Source of the DNA: Thermoanaerobaculia bacterium | GTDB taxonomy: Bacteria > Acidobacteriota > Thermoanaerobaculia > Multivoradales > Multivoraceae | Assembly (NCBI GenBank): GCA_963664405.1 | Contig: OY761158.1 | Coordinates: 2,496,001-2,560,000, forward strand | Direction of reading: 5' to 3' | DNA: 64,000 nucleotides | Shown here: piece after piece, positions 42,453 to 51,732 of the stretch | How the letters are laid out: each line of letters begins with the position of its first letter | Position numbering within the stretch: the first letter of the stretch is position 1 | Position numbers and translations under genes: made by a program | The notes under the pieces: generated by a model | The model's input: only the letters and a program-made list of their open reading frames with translations | Told to the model about the DNA's origin: nothing | The model's database searches: none

Positions 42453-43568
42453 TTACTCGATCACCGCCACTCGGTTGCGCTCGATCAGATCGAAGTCGAT
42501 CTCAACACCGAGCCCCGGGCCTGTAGGAACGTGGACGAAGCCCTCTCGATCGACTTCGATGTCCTCGACGAGACCGTACTTCTGAGCCGCGGCCGGCAGC
42601 AGCACTTCGAACCACTCGCAGTTGCGAATGGCGGCCGAGAGATGCAGATGGGCGACGTTGTTTAGCGAGTTGCCGCCGTGGTGAATCTCGAAGTTCAGCC
42701 CGAAGCCTTCTGCGAGGTGCGCCGCCTTGAGGCAGCCGGTGAGACCGCCCTTGAGCGCGACGTCGCCGCGCAGGTAGTCGGTGGCCTGGTTGTAGATCCA
42801 AGGCGCGAAAGAGTCGTACCAGGCTCCGGGAAACTCGGTTGCCATGATCGGAACGCGTAGCTGTTGGCGGAGCTTGGTGTAGTTGTAGAGATCCTGATCG
42901 CCGAGGGGATCCTCGTACCATTCGAAGTCGAGCTCTTCGACCCGCTTACCGACTCGCAGGGCCTGCGGGTAGTCGTAGGCCCAGGTCGAATCGAGCATCA
43001 GGGGAAAGTCGTCGCCAACCGCCGAACGCACGGCCGAGACGATCTTCATGTCGTCCCGCCAGAGGCGGAAGGGATGGATCTTGTAGCCCCGCCAGCCCTT
43101 GGCCTGGTAATCGAGGGCCTGCTCGACATAGGCATCGACGCTCGGCAGCTGCTCGGAGCTGGCATAAGCAGGGAGCTTGTCGCGAAAGGTGCCGAGGAGC
43201 TGGTGGATCGGCATCCCCGCCACCTTGCCGGCGATGTCCCAGAGTGCGACGTCAACGGCGCCGATGAGCCACGGCTGGACGACGAGGCGGCGGGTAAGCA
43301 TCGCCTGGTAGAGCTGCTCCCGGGCCAGGGGGTCGCGGCCGAGGACGAGCGGCTTGAGCGTCCCCACCAAAGACTGGGCCCCGAGCGCGGCGCCCATGCC
43401 GAGGAACGAGTGGCCCTCGACGCCCTCGTCGGTGCGGATGGTGACCAGACCGAGCTCGTTCGTGCGCTTCGGCTTGCCGGAGGGGTCGAAGGGTCCGCGG
43501 CCGAGATAAGAGTGAGGCGGAACGTCGTGCCAACTGAAGAGGGTGACGTCGAGGTGCTCGATCTTCAT
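42453..43568 (-). CDS. Mandelate racemase/muconate-lactonizing enolase family protein
   Basis: VDVALWDIAGK, LMLDS, WYEDP, MATE, PTGPGLGVEID. Confidence 0.9.
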   Translation of the reverse strand: MKIEHLDVTLFSWHDVPPHSYLGRGPFDPSGKPKRTNELGLVTIRTDEGVEGHSFLGMGAALGAQSLVGTLKPLVLGRDPLAREQLYQAMLTRRLVVQPWLIGAVDVALWDIAGKVAGMPIHQLLGTFRDKLPAYASSEQLPSVDAYVEQALDYQAKGWRGYKIHPFRLWRDDMKIVSAVRSAVGDDFPLMLDSTWAYDYPQALRVGKRVEELDFEWYEDPLGDQDLYNYTKLRQQLRVPIMATEFPGAWYDSFAPWIYNQATDYLRGDVALKGGLTGCLKAAHLAEGFGLNFEIHHGGNSLNNVAHLHLSAAIRNCEWFEVLLPAAAQKYGLVEDIEVDREGFVHVPTGPGLGVEIDFDLIERNRVAVIE

Positions 43569-43701
43569 GATCGCGCGAGTTTAGTCCCAGGTTGACGCCC
43601 CTGCAATACATTGCCGGATCATCGCGCGGCCACTACAATCCGAGCTCGCCCGACAGACGCGCTGGCCGAGACCGCGAGGCCAAGAGAACGGAGGAGTCCA
43701 C

Positions 43702-44883
43702 ATGTCCGCATATTTCATTGCCAACGTTCGGGTAACCGATCGCGAGAAGTTCCAGGCCTACGCGGCGGGGGTCGTAAAGACGATCAAGCCGTTCAAAGGT
43801 TGGATTCTCGCTGCCGACCCCGAAGCGGCTGCTCTCGAGGGCGATCTCACAACGAATCACAATGTGATCATTCGCTTCCCGACGACGGCGCACGTGAAGG
43901 CCTGGTGGGAGTCGGGAGAGTACAAGGAGATCATCCCGATCCGGGTCGAAAACAGTGACGGGCCAGCGCTGGCCTACACCCTTGCCGGTCTCGACGGCGA
44001 CGTCGATATTTCTGCTCTCGAGCGCTATCCCAAGAAGTACACCCAGGTCCTCGGCAAGCGCATGGCCTATGTGGAGGTCGGCGAAGGCGACCCCATCGTG
44101 TTCCTGCACGGCAACCCGACCTCCTCTTACCTCTGGCGCAATGTGATTCCTCACCTCGAGGGGGCGGGTCGCTGCATCGCTCCTGATCTCATCGGCATGG
44201 GCGATTCCGAAAAGCTCGAGGACTCGGGCCGGGGCAGCTATCGCTTCGTCGAGCACCGTCGCTATCTCGACGCACTTCTCGAGCAGCTGGGGGTGACCGA
44301 GAACGTCACCTTCGTGATTCACGACTGGGGATCGGCCCTGGGATTCGACTGGGCCAACCGCCATCGCGAAGCCATGAAGGGCATCGCGTACATGGAGGCG
44401 ATCCTCCTGCCGGTTACCTGGGCCCAGTGGCCCAGAGCCGTGACCCCGGTCTTCCAGGGCTTCCGCTCGCCCAAAGGCGAGGAGATGGTCCTCGACAACA
44501 ACTTCTTCGTCGAGAAGGTGCTGCCTTCGTCCGTCATCCGCAAGATGGGCGACGCTGAGAAGAACGCCTACGGCCGCCCCTTCCTCGAGCCGGGCGAGGG
44601 TCGGCGACCCACGTTGACCTGGCCACGCGAGATCCCGATCGAGGGCGAGCCGAAGGATGTAGTCGAGATCGTTCAGTCTTACGGCGACTGGCTCGCGACC
44701 TCAGATCTTCCGAAGCTCTTCATCAACGCCGAGCCTGGAGCCATCTTGCGGGGTAATCAGCGCGAGTTCTGCCGCAGTTGGCCCAACCAGAAGGAGGTCA
44801 GCGTCAAGGGTATTCACTTCATCCAGGAGGACTCTCCTGACGAGATCGGCCAGGCGGTTGCGGAGTGGCTTGGCGGAATATAG
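43702..44883 (+). CDS. DUF1330-haloalkane dehalogenase fusion
   Basis: N-terminal ~100 aa DUF1330-like, then [47 protein letters not shown]. Confidence 0.88.
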   Translation: MSAYFIANVRVTDREKFQAYAAGVVKTIKPFKGWILAADPEAAALEGDLTTNHNVIIRFPTTAHVKAWWESGEYKEIIPIRVENSDGPALAYTLAGLDGDVDISALERYPKKYTQVLGKRMAYVEVGEGDPIVFLHGNPTSSYLWRNVIPHLEGAGRCIAPDLIGMGDSEKLEDSGRGSYRFVEHRRYLDALLEQLGVTENVTFVIHDWGSALGFDWANRHREAMKGIAYMEAILLPVTWAQWPRAVTPVFQGFRSPKGEEMVLDNNFFVEKVLPSSVIRKMGDAEKNAYGRPFLEPGEGRRPTLTWPREIPIEGEPKDVVEIVQSYGDWLATSDLPKLFINAEPGAILRGNQREFCRSWPNQKEVSVKGIHFIQEDSPDEIGQAVAEWLGGI

Positions 44884-46319
44884 AAGCGCCCTACCGCGGG
44901 GCTGCGCTCCTGCTGCTTCTGGTTTGTTCTCCGGCCCGCGGGGCCGACGACCCGGCGGAGCCGCCCAACATCATCTTCTTCGTCACCGACGACCAGCGCT
45001 TCGACATGATGGGCAACATGAGCCCGCTCTTGCACACGCCCCACATGGACAGGCTGGCAGCGCAGGGCGTGCGTTTCGAAAACGCTTTTGTAACGACCCC
45101 CATCTGCGCCGCCAGTCGGGCCAGCCTCTTGACAGGCACCGTGGAACGGACCCACCAGTTCACCTTCGGAACGCCGCCACTGTCCAAAGCGATGACGGAT
45201 CAGAGTTATGCGACGTTGATGCGCGCCGCCGGGTATCGCAGCGGGTTCATCGGCAAATTTGGGATGATGGTCGAGCCAGGGGCTGTCGAGACCATGTTCG
45301 ACGCCTTCGTCCCGCTCTTCCGCAACCCCTACTTCAAGCTTCAGGAAGATGGCTCGGCGCGGCACCTCACCGACGTCACCGGCGACGAGATCCGGACCTT
45401 TCTGCAAGCGAATCGGGCGGATCAGCCGTTTGTGCTCTCGGTCAGCTTCAATGCGCCTCATGCCGAAGACAACGACGAACGCCAATATATCTGGCCGGCG
45501 GCTATGGACAGCCTCTACTCCGAGACGGTGATCCCCGAGCCCCCGCTGTCCGATCCAGCCTTCTTCGAAGGTCTGCCTCCCTTTCTCAAGGATCCCCAGA
45601 GCAACCTGAACCGCTTCCGCTGGTTCTGGCGCTTCGACACGCCGGAAAAGGCACAGCAGATGACCAAGGGCTACTTCCGCATGATCAGCGGCGTCGACGC
45701 CGTCATTGGGCAGGTGGGGGATGAACTGGAGCGGCTGGGCCTTGCCGACAACACCCTCCTCATCATGATGGGCGACAACGGATACTTTCTGGGGGAGCGC
45801 GGTTATGCGGGCAAGTGGCTCCCCTACGAACCCTCCATTCGGGTTCCTCTGCTCATCTTCGATCCGCGCCCCGGTTCGTCCCGCGCCGGACTACGGCCCA
45901 CGGCAATGGCGCTGAACATCGACATCGCACCGACGCTGCTCGATCTCGCCGGGGTTGCCCTCCCCGCTACCATGCAAGGCCGCAGCCTCGTTCCGCTGCT
46001 ACGGGGCGAAGAACCGGAAGACTGGCGGACGGACTTTTTCGTCGAGCACCTGATGGAGCACGAACAGATCGTCAAGCACGAGGGCGTGCGCGGGCAACGC
46101 TACAAATACGCGCGCTATTTCGAGCTCGACCCCCTCTACGAAGAGCTCTATGACCTCGAAGGGGACCCGCTCGAAACGCAGAACCTCGTCGGCGATAAGG
46201 CCTATGCCGAGGTGCTAGCGGAGCAACGACTCCGCACCGATGAGCTCCGCGACAGCTACGGCGGTCCCTACGTCAGCGATTTGAACGTGCAGTCGGGGAT
46301 CAGGGCTGAGAGTCCCTGA
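44865..46319 (+). CDS. Sulfatase
   Basis: [40 protein letters not shown]. Confidence 0.9.
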   Translation: MAWRNIEAPYRGAALLLLLVCSPARGADDPAEPPNIIFFVTDDQRFDMMGNMSPLLHTPHMDRLAAQGVRFENAFVTTPICAASRASLLTGTVERTHQFTFGTPPLSKAMTDQSYATLMRAAGYRSGFIGKFGMMVEPGAVETMFDAFVPLFRNPYFKLQEDGSARHLTDVTGDEIRTFLQANRADQPFVLSVSFNAPHAEDNDERQYIWPAAMDSLYSETVIPEPPLSDPAFFEGLPPFLKDPQSNLNRFRWFWRFDTPEKAQQMTKGYFRMISGVDAVIGQVGDELERLGLADNTLLIMMGDNGYFLGERGYAGKWLPYEPSIRVPLLIFDPRPGSSRAGLRPTAMALNIDIAPTLLDLAGVALPATMQGRSLVPLLRGEEPEDWRTDFFVEHLMEHEQIVKHEGVRGQRYKYARYFELDPLYEELYDLEGDPLETQNLVGDKAYAEVLAEQRLRTDELRDSYGGPYVSDLNVQSGIRAESP

Positions 46320-46956
46320 CTTCGTCAGCGGCGGCCAGGCGAGCCTTCATCCTTGCCAGCCTCTGACGGCCGTATGAGCTCTCCGGCTCGAACTCGCCCG
46401 CTCGGCACCGAGGGTGAAGCTCGGCGAAAGGCACTCCGGCCCGATACTCCTCGATCACCCGGTCCGGATCGAAGTCGACACCGATCGGATTCTCGGCAAA
46501 GTCGCCATATTTCATCCAATCGAGCATCGCTTCCCGGGTGTCGAAATTGTCGACCTGCAGCTCCAGGCCGTTGCCGTCGGGATCGCGATAGTAGAACGAG
46601 GTGATCGGGCCGTGGTTGGTCACCCAGTAGGGAAGAGTCCCAGGCTCTTTCAACCTCAAATAGGTCGAGGCGAGCTCCCCGAAGTCTCGGTACTGGTAGG
46701 CAACATGGTCGAGGCCCTGGGCCGTCAGGCCTCCCCCATCCTTGAAGCTCGGATCTTGCATCAGGGCGATGCGCCCCAGCTTGTCGTCCCACGACAGGAA
46801 ACACGCGGAGCCGTTGTCGAAAAGAACCTCCCCTCCCAGTACTCGGAGATAGAAGTCCCTCATCTCGGGCAGCTGCTTGGTGCGAAAGTTGACGTGATGC
46901 AGATAGCTCGGCGCAATTGCCCGATCGGTAACCAGAGTGGGTTGCGTAACGCTCAT
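46300..46956 (-). CDS. VOC/glyoxalase family protein
   Basis: LHHVNF, GLDHVAY, NHGPITSFYYRDPDGNGLELQVD. Confidence 0.85.
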   Translation of the reverse strand: MSVTQPTLVTDRAIAPSYLHHVNFRTKQLPEMRDFYLRVLGGEVLFDNGSACFLSWDDKLGRIALMQDPSFKDGGGLTAQGLDHVAYQYRDFGELASTYLRLKEPGTLPYWVTNHGPITSFYYRDPDGNGLELQVDNFDTREAMLDWMKYGDFAENPIGVDFDPDRVIEEYRAGVPFAELHPRCRAGEFEPESSYGRQRLARMKARLAAADEVRDSQP

Positions 46957-47102
46957 CGGCCTTCTCCGTAAGAGTCTCAGCTCAGTCTTTCACAGCGACC
47001 ATCGGTCAAGTTCGCGTGCCCTTCTAACAGGAGTGCAGGGCTATTCGGCAGAGAGAGTGCGAAGACCCCGGGAGGGCTCGATTTTATGGTATTGATTATG
47101 GC

Positions 47103-47318
47103 ATGCTTACTGGTATGAGCAGGGAAAAGAAGATCACGGTTCACATCCCAGGCGGGCTGCTCGAAAAGGCGCGGCGGGAGACCGGAGAGGGAATCACCGA
47201 AACGGTCAGGCAGGGATTGCGTCTGGTGGCAGCGGGCGACACCTACCGCAAGCTGCGCAAGCTCCGCGGCAAGGTAAAGATCGAGATCGATCGAGAGTTG
47301 CGTGAGGATCGCGGGTGA
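47103..47318 (+). CDS. vapB: VapB-like antitoxin
   Basis: KKITVHIPGGLLEKARRETGEGITETVRQGL; GTGA overlap with the PIN toxin. Confidence 0.75.
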   Translation: MLTGMSREKKITVHIPGGLLEKARRETGEGITETVRQGLRLVAAGDTYRKLRKLRGKVKIEIDRELREDRG

Positions 47319-47689
47319 TCGCGATCGATACAAGCTCCCTGATCGCCTTCCTGGGAGGGGAAGAAGGTCATGACGTCGAGGCACTCGATCGGGCGCTCGA
47401 GATGAGTCAAGCGGTTCTGCCGCCGGTCGTTCTAACCGAGATTCTCAGCGCTCCCGGATTGCCGCCGCGGGTGGCAAGGCTAGTGCGAGAGCTGCCAACT
47501 CTGGAGACCTTGCCAGGCTTCTGGGAGCGAGCCGCTCTGACCAGGTCGAAGATCCTCACGCATCGACTCCGAGCTCGACTCGCCGACAGCCTGATCTCGC
47601 AGTTCTGTCTGGATCATGGAACAGCGCTGGTCACTCGAGACGGCGACTTCCTGCACTTCGTCGAGCATGCAGGACTGGAACTGGCCTGA
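47315..47689 (+). CDS. vapC: VapC PIN-domain toxin
   Basis: IAIDTSSLI, VVLTEI, LADSLI, LVTRDGDF. Confidence 0.85.
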   Translation: MIAIDTSSLIAFLGGEEGHDVEALDRALEMSQAVLPPVVLTEILSAPGLPPRVARLVRELPTLETLPGFWERAALTRSKILTHRLRARLADSLISQFCLDHGTALVTRDGDFLHFVEHAGLELA

Positions 47690-47867
47690 TCTCGTTCTCC
47701 TGGGTGGTGAGCGTGGCGCCGCTGCCCATCTTGAGGGCCGTGTGGCTGTGCCCAGGCAGCCTTCGGCTGCCAGCCGTGCCACCGGGTGTTCTCTGCCATC
47801 CGGTCGGCTTCGCCAAGGCGCTGCTGAGCTACTGGAAGCATCGACCGTTTCTATGCACAATAGAGCC

Positions 47868-49039
47868 ATGACCACCGTCAGAGAGACCATCCCCGAGGCT
47901 CTCCAGCCCGAAGTCGATGCCGCACTCGCCTGGTTCAACAGCGAGCGGGCCGCCGCGTTCGAAGTGACCGGGATCATCGACCCCGATGAATCGCTGGCGG
48001 CCAACGAGCCGCGGGACCTGCGGCTGGTGCTATGCGGGGGCGACCTCTGCGAGCAGCGCAACTTCCGGGTCTGGAGGGAAGCCGAGGGTTTCACGGTTGC
48101 GCTGCAAGAGGAGGCAGCGCCGGAGCCCGGCCACGCAACAGCGCGGCCGGCGGAGCTCGACCCCCCGCCCCCGGGGCGCGACGCCCCTGGCTCGACGCCG
48201 CACTGGCCGAGCACGCGTTCGTGGTCCTCGTCTTCTACCGCGGCTTCTGGTGACCGCCTTGTCGCTTCGAGTTGCGAAGCTACATGAAGGGCGAAATCCC
48301 CGAGAAGATCCGGGCCGCGGGCGGCGAGATCTACGCGGTGACGAGCGAGCCGCAGGCGCTCGCGTCCCGCGCCCAGTCCGAATGGGACTTCGGCTTCGAA
48401 TCCGTCGGCGACCCCCATCAGGAGATCGCCGGCGCCTGCCGCGAACGCGGTTGGCTCGATCTCTTCGTGAACGAGAAGACCGGCCTTCTGCTGCGCTCGA
48501 CGACGGGTTGGCTTCCCCAACATCCGAAGGGCTACTTCCAGCCCGGTACGCTCGCGCTCTCGTCGTCCGGCCGCGTGCTGTACCGCTGGCGCGGCACGCC
48601 GACCCGCAAGAACATAGGTGGCGCCACCGAACGCCCGACGGCCGAGCACGTCTGGGCGGTCGTGTCCGAGGCACTGCAAGCTCCCGCCGACACGCCGGAT
48701 GCCGCACTCGATGCGGACCCTCCGCTCGACTCGCGCGGCATCCCCTGGCCGCTCTTCGTCATTCTTCTGCTCGCCAACGGCTGGTTCGTCCGGGCGCGCC
48801 CCTTCCTGTACCTGCCGGATGGACCGACTGCCAACCGCCGCGCGCGGTCAGCGATGGTGCGCGTCGCCTTCTTCCTGGCCGGGTGGGTCGCCGCCTTCGC
48901 GACCCTGCCAACCTTGTGGGTCGGTGCGGCGCTCGCGGCCTGGGTCGCCTGGATCATTCCGAGCATCCGCGTCATCAACGACGAGTGCCAGAACGAACCC
49001 GCCCCCAAGACCAGCGTTTCCGAAGTTCGAGTCGCATAG
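47868..49039 (+). CDS. Peroxiredoxin-like (AhpC/TSA) selenoprotein, UxxC, with C-terminal TM helices; Sec TGA at 48251-48253; frameshift in the C-run at ~48165
   Basis: VVLVFYRGFW-TGA-PPCRFELRSY...GGEIYAVTSE...FESVGDP...QPGTLAL is one frame across the TGA; SECIS-like hairpin follows. Confidence 0.8.
48260..48284 (+). promoter_or_regulatory. SECIS-like hairpin
   Basis: TGT-C-GCTTCG-[AGTTG]-CGAAGC-T-ACA; 16 nt between UGA and loop; GU in loop. Confidence 0.75.
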
Positions 49040-49171
49040 CTCGAGGTCATTCTGTTCGCTGGCAAGGCGCGCCGACGCAGGCATATTGGGAATCTGTCGA
49101 GGAGGTGCAACGCTGCCAGCGAGCAGAAGGGGCCGAGATAGGTGGCGCGAACTTTGGAAACGCTGGTCTAG
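49006..49171 (-). mobile_element. Palindromic MITE copy 5 (166 bp, inverted, diverged)
   Basis: Left flank is CAAG instead of CTAG; several substitutions; right TIR intact. Confidence 0.85.
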
Positions 49172-49236
49172 CTTGCAGTCCCCGCCCAGGCGACCTGCTG
49201 CGAAGGAAGACCTAGGCAGTTCTCGCGGCGCAAGGA

Positions 49237-50331
49237 TCAAGCCAGCTGCGCGACACCCAAGACCGTGCCGATCTCAATCCGGGCCTGTGCCGTTCGCTCC
49301 TCCAAGGGAATGCCGATGGCGTCCGCGACCCGGTCGTTGAGCTGGAACATGGAGATGACCGCCGCGGCATCGACCACGGCCTCGGACCCGAGCGCAGCCT
49401 GAAGACCATCCCTAGCCTGAATGATCGTCTCGCCTTCGCCTGACAGCACGGCATCGGCATAGCGGATCAGCAGATCACCCTGCGGCACGCCGGCGTCGCC
49501 ACCGCCATCCTCTCGTAGAGCCGAGAGGTCGGCGTCGCTTCCATCCTGCCTGCTGCCCTCACGGAGCAGTGCCGCGTGGCCGGTTGCTCAGTAAAAACAC
49601 TCGTTGAGCATCGAAACTCTGCTCGCAAGCAGTTCCATCTGGCACTTGGTCAGAGAACGGTCGTGGTCCTGGTCGGTGTATCTCGGGACCTGCTCGTAGG
49701 GGAAATAGTGCGCTTCCATCAGGGTCATGGCTGCCCGCGTCTCTTCCGGTACTAGGCTCAGCCCTCGATGAACGTTGGGCACGAAGTGGCGGGTGTCGTA
49801 GAGATCGGCGTAGTCATCCAGAAGCCCCGTCACCGGGATCATGGGGACGTGCGCTTCCTCCTTCTCGGCGGTCGGCGGTCGTTGCCGGGAAGGCTCGCCG
49901 AGCTGCGCCTCGGGCAGCGCATGTAGATCACATCCAATCGCTCTGGTGAAGGTATCGACGACGAGGGTGGCTACCGCCACACCCAGAGTCTCGACGTACT
50001 CGCAATCCGTCATCCCCTGCTCCAGAAGCCCCTCGACCCAATGTCCCGCGATCCGTCCGGGGTCGGTGACAACGCGATGAACGACCTCCACCACCTCGCT
50101 GGGGAGCTCGCCCAGGCTGTCGTGCGAGCCCTCGAGTCCATACGGTGACAAGGCAGCCCGTCTTCGATCGCACAGAGAACAAGCCCGCGCGTTTCGGGTC
50201 TCTCCCGCGATGGCGACCCGGCGCTCAGAGGTCCACCAGGTGCCCGGCATTCCCAGGTGGAGCCAGATTCGTCGGTGTGCCTCGAGGAGATCTCCTCTGA
50301 CGAGCAGAGAAGAAGCGGTGTAGTCGATCAC
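49237..50331 (-). CDS. AhpD/CMD-like selenoprotein, CxxU (364 aa, Sec248; TGA at 49588-49590)
   Basis: QMELLASRVSMLNECFY-TGA-ATGHAALLR...LLIRYADAV...VVDAAAVISMFQLNDRVADAIG is one frame; hairpin follows. Confidence 0.82.
49553..49569 (-). promoter_or_regulatory. SECIS-like hairpin
   Basis: CTGCTC-[CGTGA]-GGGCAG (one G-U pair); 24 nt between UGA and loop; GU in loop. Confidence 0.6.
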
Positions 50332-50349
50332 AGATGGCAGCGTATCAAG

Positions 50350-50625
50350 GCCTCGTGGCCGGGGAGCTGACGATCGCCGATCATCTCAAGCGCGCCGGCT
50401 ACGCGACCGGCATCGTCGGCAAGTAGCACCTCTGTTTCAAAGACGAGCACTATCCGACCCATCGCGGCTTCGACGAGTTCTACGGTCATCTCTCAGGCGG
50501 CACGCAATTCGTCAATGTGCTCTCGGATGCGGTCCTTTCGGTGCCGAGCGGCCGCGATATGCGCGACCGACCACCTGAAGACCTGCGCACCGATGTCCTC
50601 GTCCGCGGAACCGAGCCCCTCTCCC
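50350..50625 (+). pseudogene. Internal sulfatase fragment with a nonsense codon
   Basis: ELTIADHLKRAGYATGIVGK*HL...HRGFDEFYG; TAG at 50424 replaces the conserved Trp of GKWHL. Confidence 0.75.
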
Positions 50626-50851
50626 CGCCCAACCGAAGCGGAGGCTACCAAATCGTCGAGGGGCGATCCAGTCGCTCGAGGAGGAGATCGAAGACTGGCG
50701 ATCGATCACGGTCGAGCCGCTTTGGGGTCCTCGCCCGCCCACGACCTACTCGATCTGCAACATCGAGCCGATCGGCTTCGAGGTTTAGCCGCAGGGAATG
50801 ATTGCTATCATTCCCTGCGGCTCGTTGCTGTTTGGCGCCGAGGACGGCGCA

Positions 50852-51030
50852 CTAGACCAGCGTTTCCAAAGTTCGCGCACACATCTCGGCCCCTTCTGCC
50901 CGCTGCCGGCGTTGGCTAGGCGCCCCCGCGCTCCTCGACATATTGCCCAATATGCCTGCGTCGCCGCGCCTGGCCAGCGAACAGAATGACCTCGAGCTAT
51001 GCAACACGAACTTTGGAAACGCTGGTCTAG
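50852..51030 (+). mobile_element. Palindromic MITE copy 6 (long variant, 179 bp)
   Basis: Right CTAG contains the TAG stop of the antitoxin gene (minus strand). Confidence 0.9.
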
Positions 51031-51269
51031 GGCGCTGCGGTGCCGAGCTCCTCCAGGTGCCGCGCAATCAGCATCTTGATGAGGGACTGACGGGGAACCC
51101 CTAGCCTCGAGGCCTCGCGATCGAGAGAATCGACCATCCAGTTGGGAAAATCGACATTGACTCGGCGCTGCTCGTGACCGGGGCGTCGCACCTTTGACAG
51201 ATCAAGATACCTGGTGATGTCCTCGCCCGCATCGAACTTCTCGTCGAGCTCCTTCGCCTTAGCCTTCAT
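51027..51269 (-). CDS. CopG/RHH antitoxin (BrnA-type partner)
   Basis: DEKFDAGEDITRYLDLSK...RVNVDFPNWMVDSLDREASRLGVPRQSLIK. Confidence 0.85.
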   Translation of the reverse strand: MKAKAKELDEKFDAGEDITRYLDLSKVRRPGHEQRRVNVDFPNWMVDSLDREASRLGVPRQSLIKMLIARHLEELGTAAP

Positions 51270-51519
51270 AGAGTTCGATCTCCTCTCTGCGAGACCGTCG
51301 AACCGAGATAATCCGCAGACGGTCGCCTCGATAGGTGATGATCGCGGACCACGACAGATCCTCGATCTTCCCGACGATCAGGATCCTTGGCTCGTCCGCA
51401 GTCCTCGCCGGGACGGCAATCAAGTCGGGGTCGTTCCACAGCTCTTGCGCCTCGATGAAATCGATGCCGTGTTTCTTCTGGTTCGAGCGACTCTTGCGGA
51501 CGTCGAACTCGAACCTCAT
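51259..51519 (-). CDS. brnT: BrnT-family toxin
   Basis: FEFDVRKSRSNQKKHGIDF...EPR...RIISVRRSRREE. Confidence 0.88.
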   Translation of the reverse strand: MRFEFDVRKSRSNQKKHGIDFIEAQELWNDPDLIAVPARTADEPRILIVGKIEDLSWSAIITYRGDRLRIISVRRSRREEIELYEG

Positions 51520-51536
51520 GGTATAAAAATTATACC
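51520..51536 (-). promoter_or_regulatory. Palindromic operator overlapping the -10 box of the brnT operon
   Basis: GGTATAA-AAA-TTATACC; TATAAT on the minus strand 9 nt before ATG; no SD sequence. Confidence 0.6.
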
Positions 51537-51732
51537 TCACAAGGCCAAGTCTCGGAGGGCCTTCGCTCTCTGGCAGCAGCTCGCAGTTCTCCAGGCCAAG
51601 CGCCGGTGCGGCTCGAGCGACTGCGCGGTACTTCCGCGACCGGCAGACAGATCGCCAAGCACGAAGGCGATGAACTCGGGCTTCGTCCTGCGGTCACCGC
51701 CAGGGCGAAGCCCCAAGAGAGAGGCTCAGACC

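Noticed and set aside
48160-48177. Programmed ribosomal frameshift in the Sec-Prx gene
   Set aside because: A C/G homopolymer run in a window with many indels is better explained by sequencing error or mutation; no typical A-rich slippery site is present.
41475-50426. General TAG recoding (pyrrolysine or an alternative code)
   Set aside because: TAG is the normal stop of many intact genes here (12701, 13472, 14984, 30805, 44883). The TAG at 50424 replaces a conserved Trp in a fragment, and a TAA nonsense also occurs at 28420.
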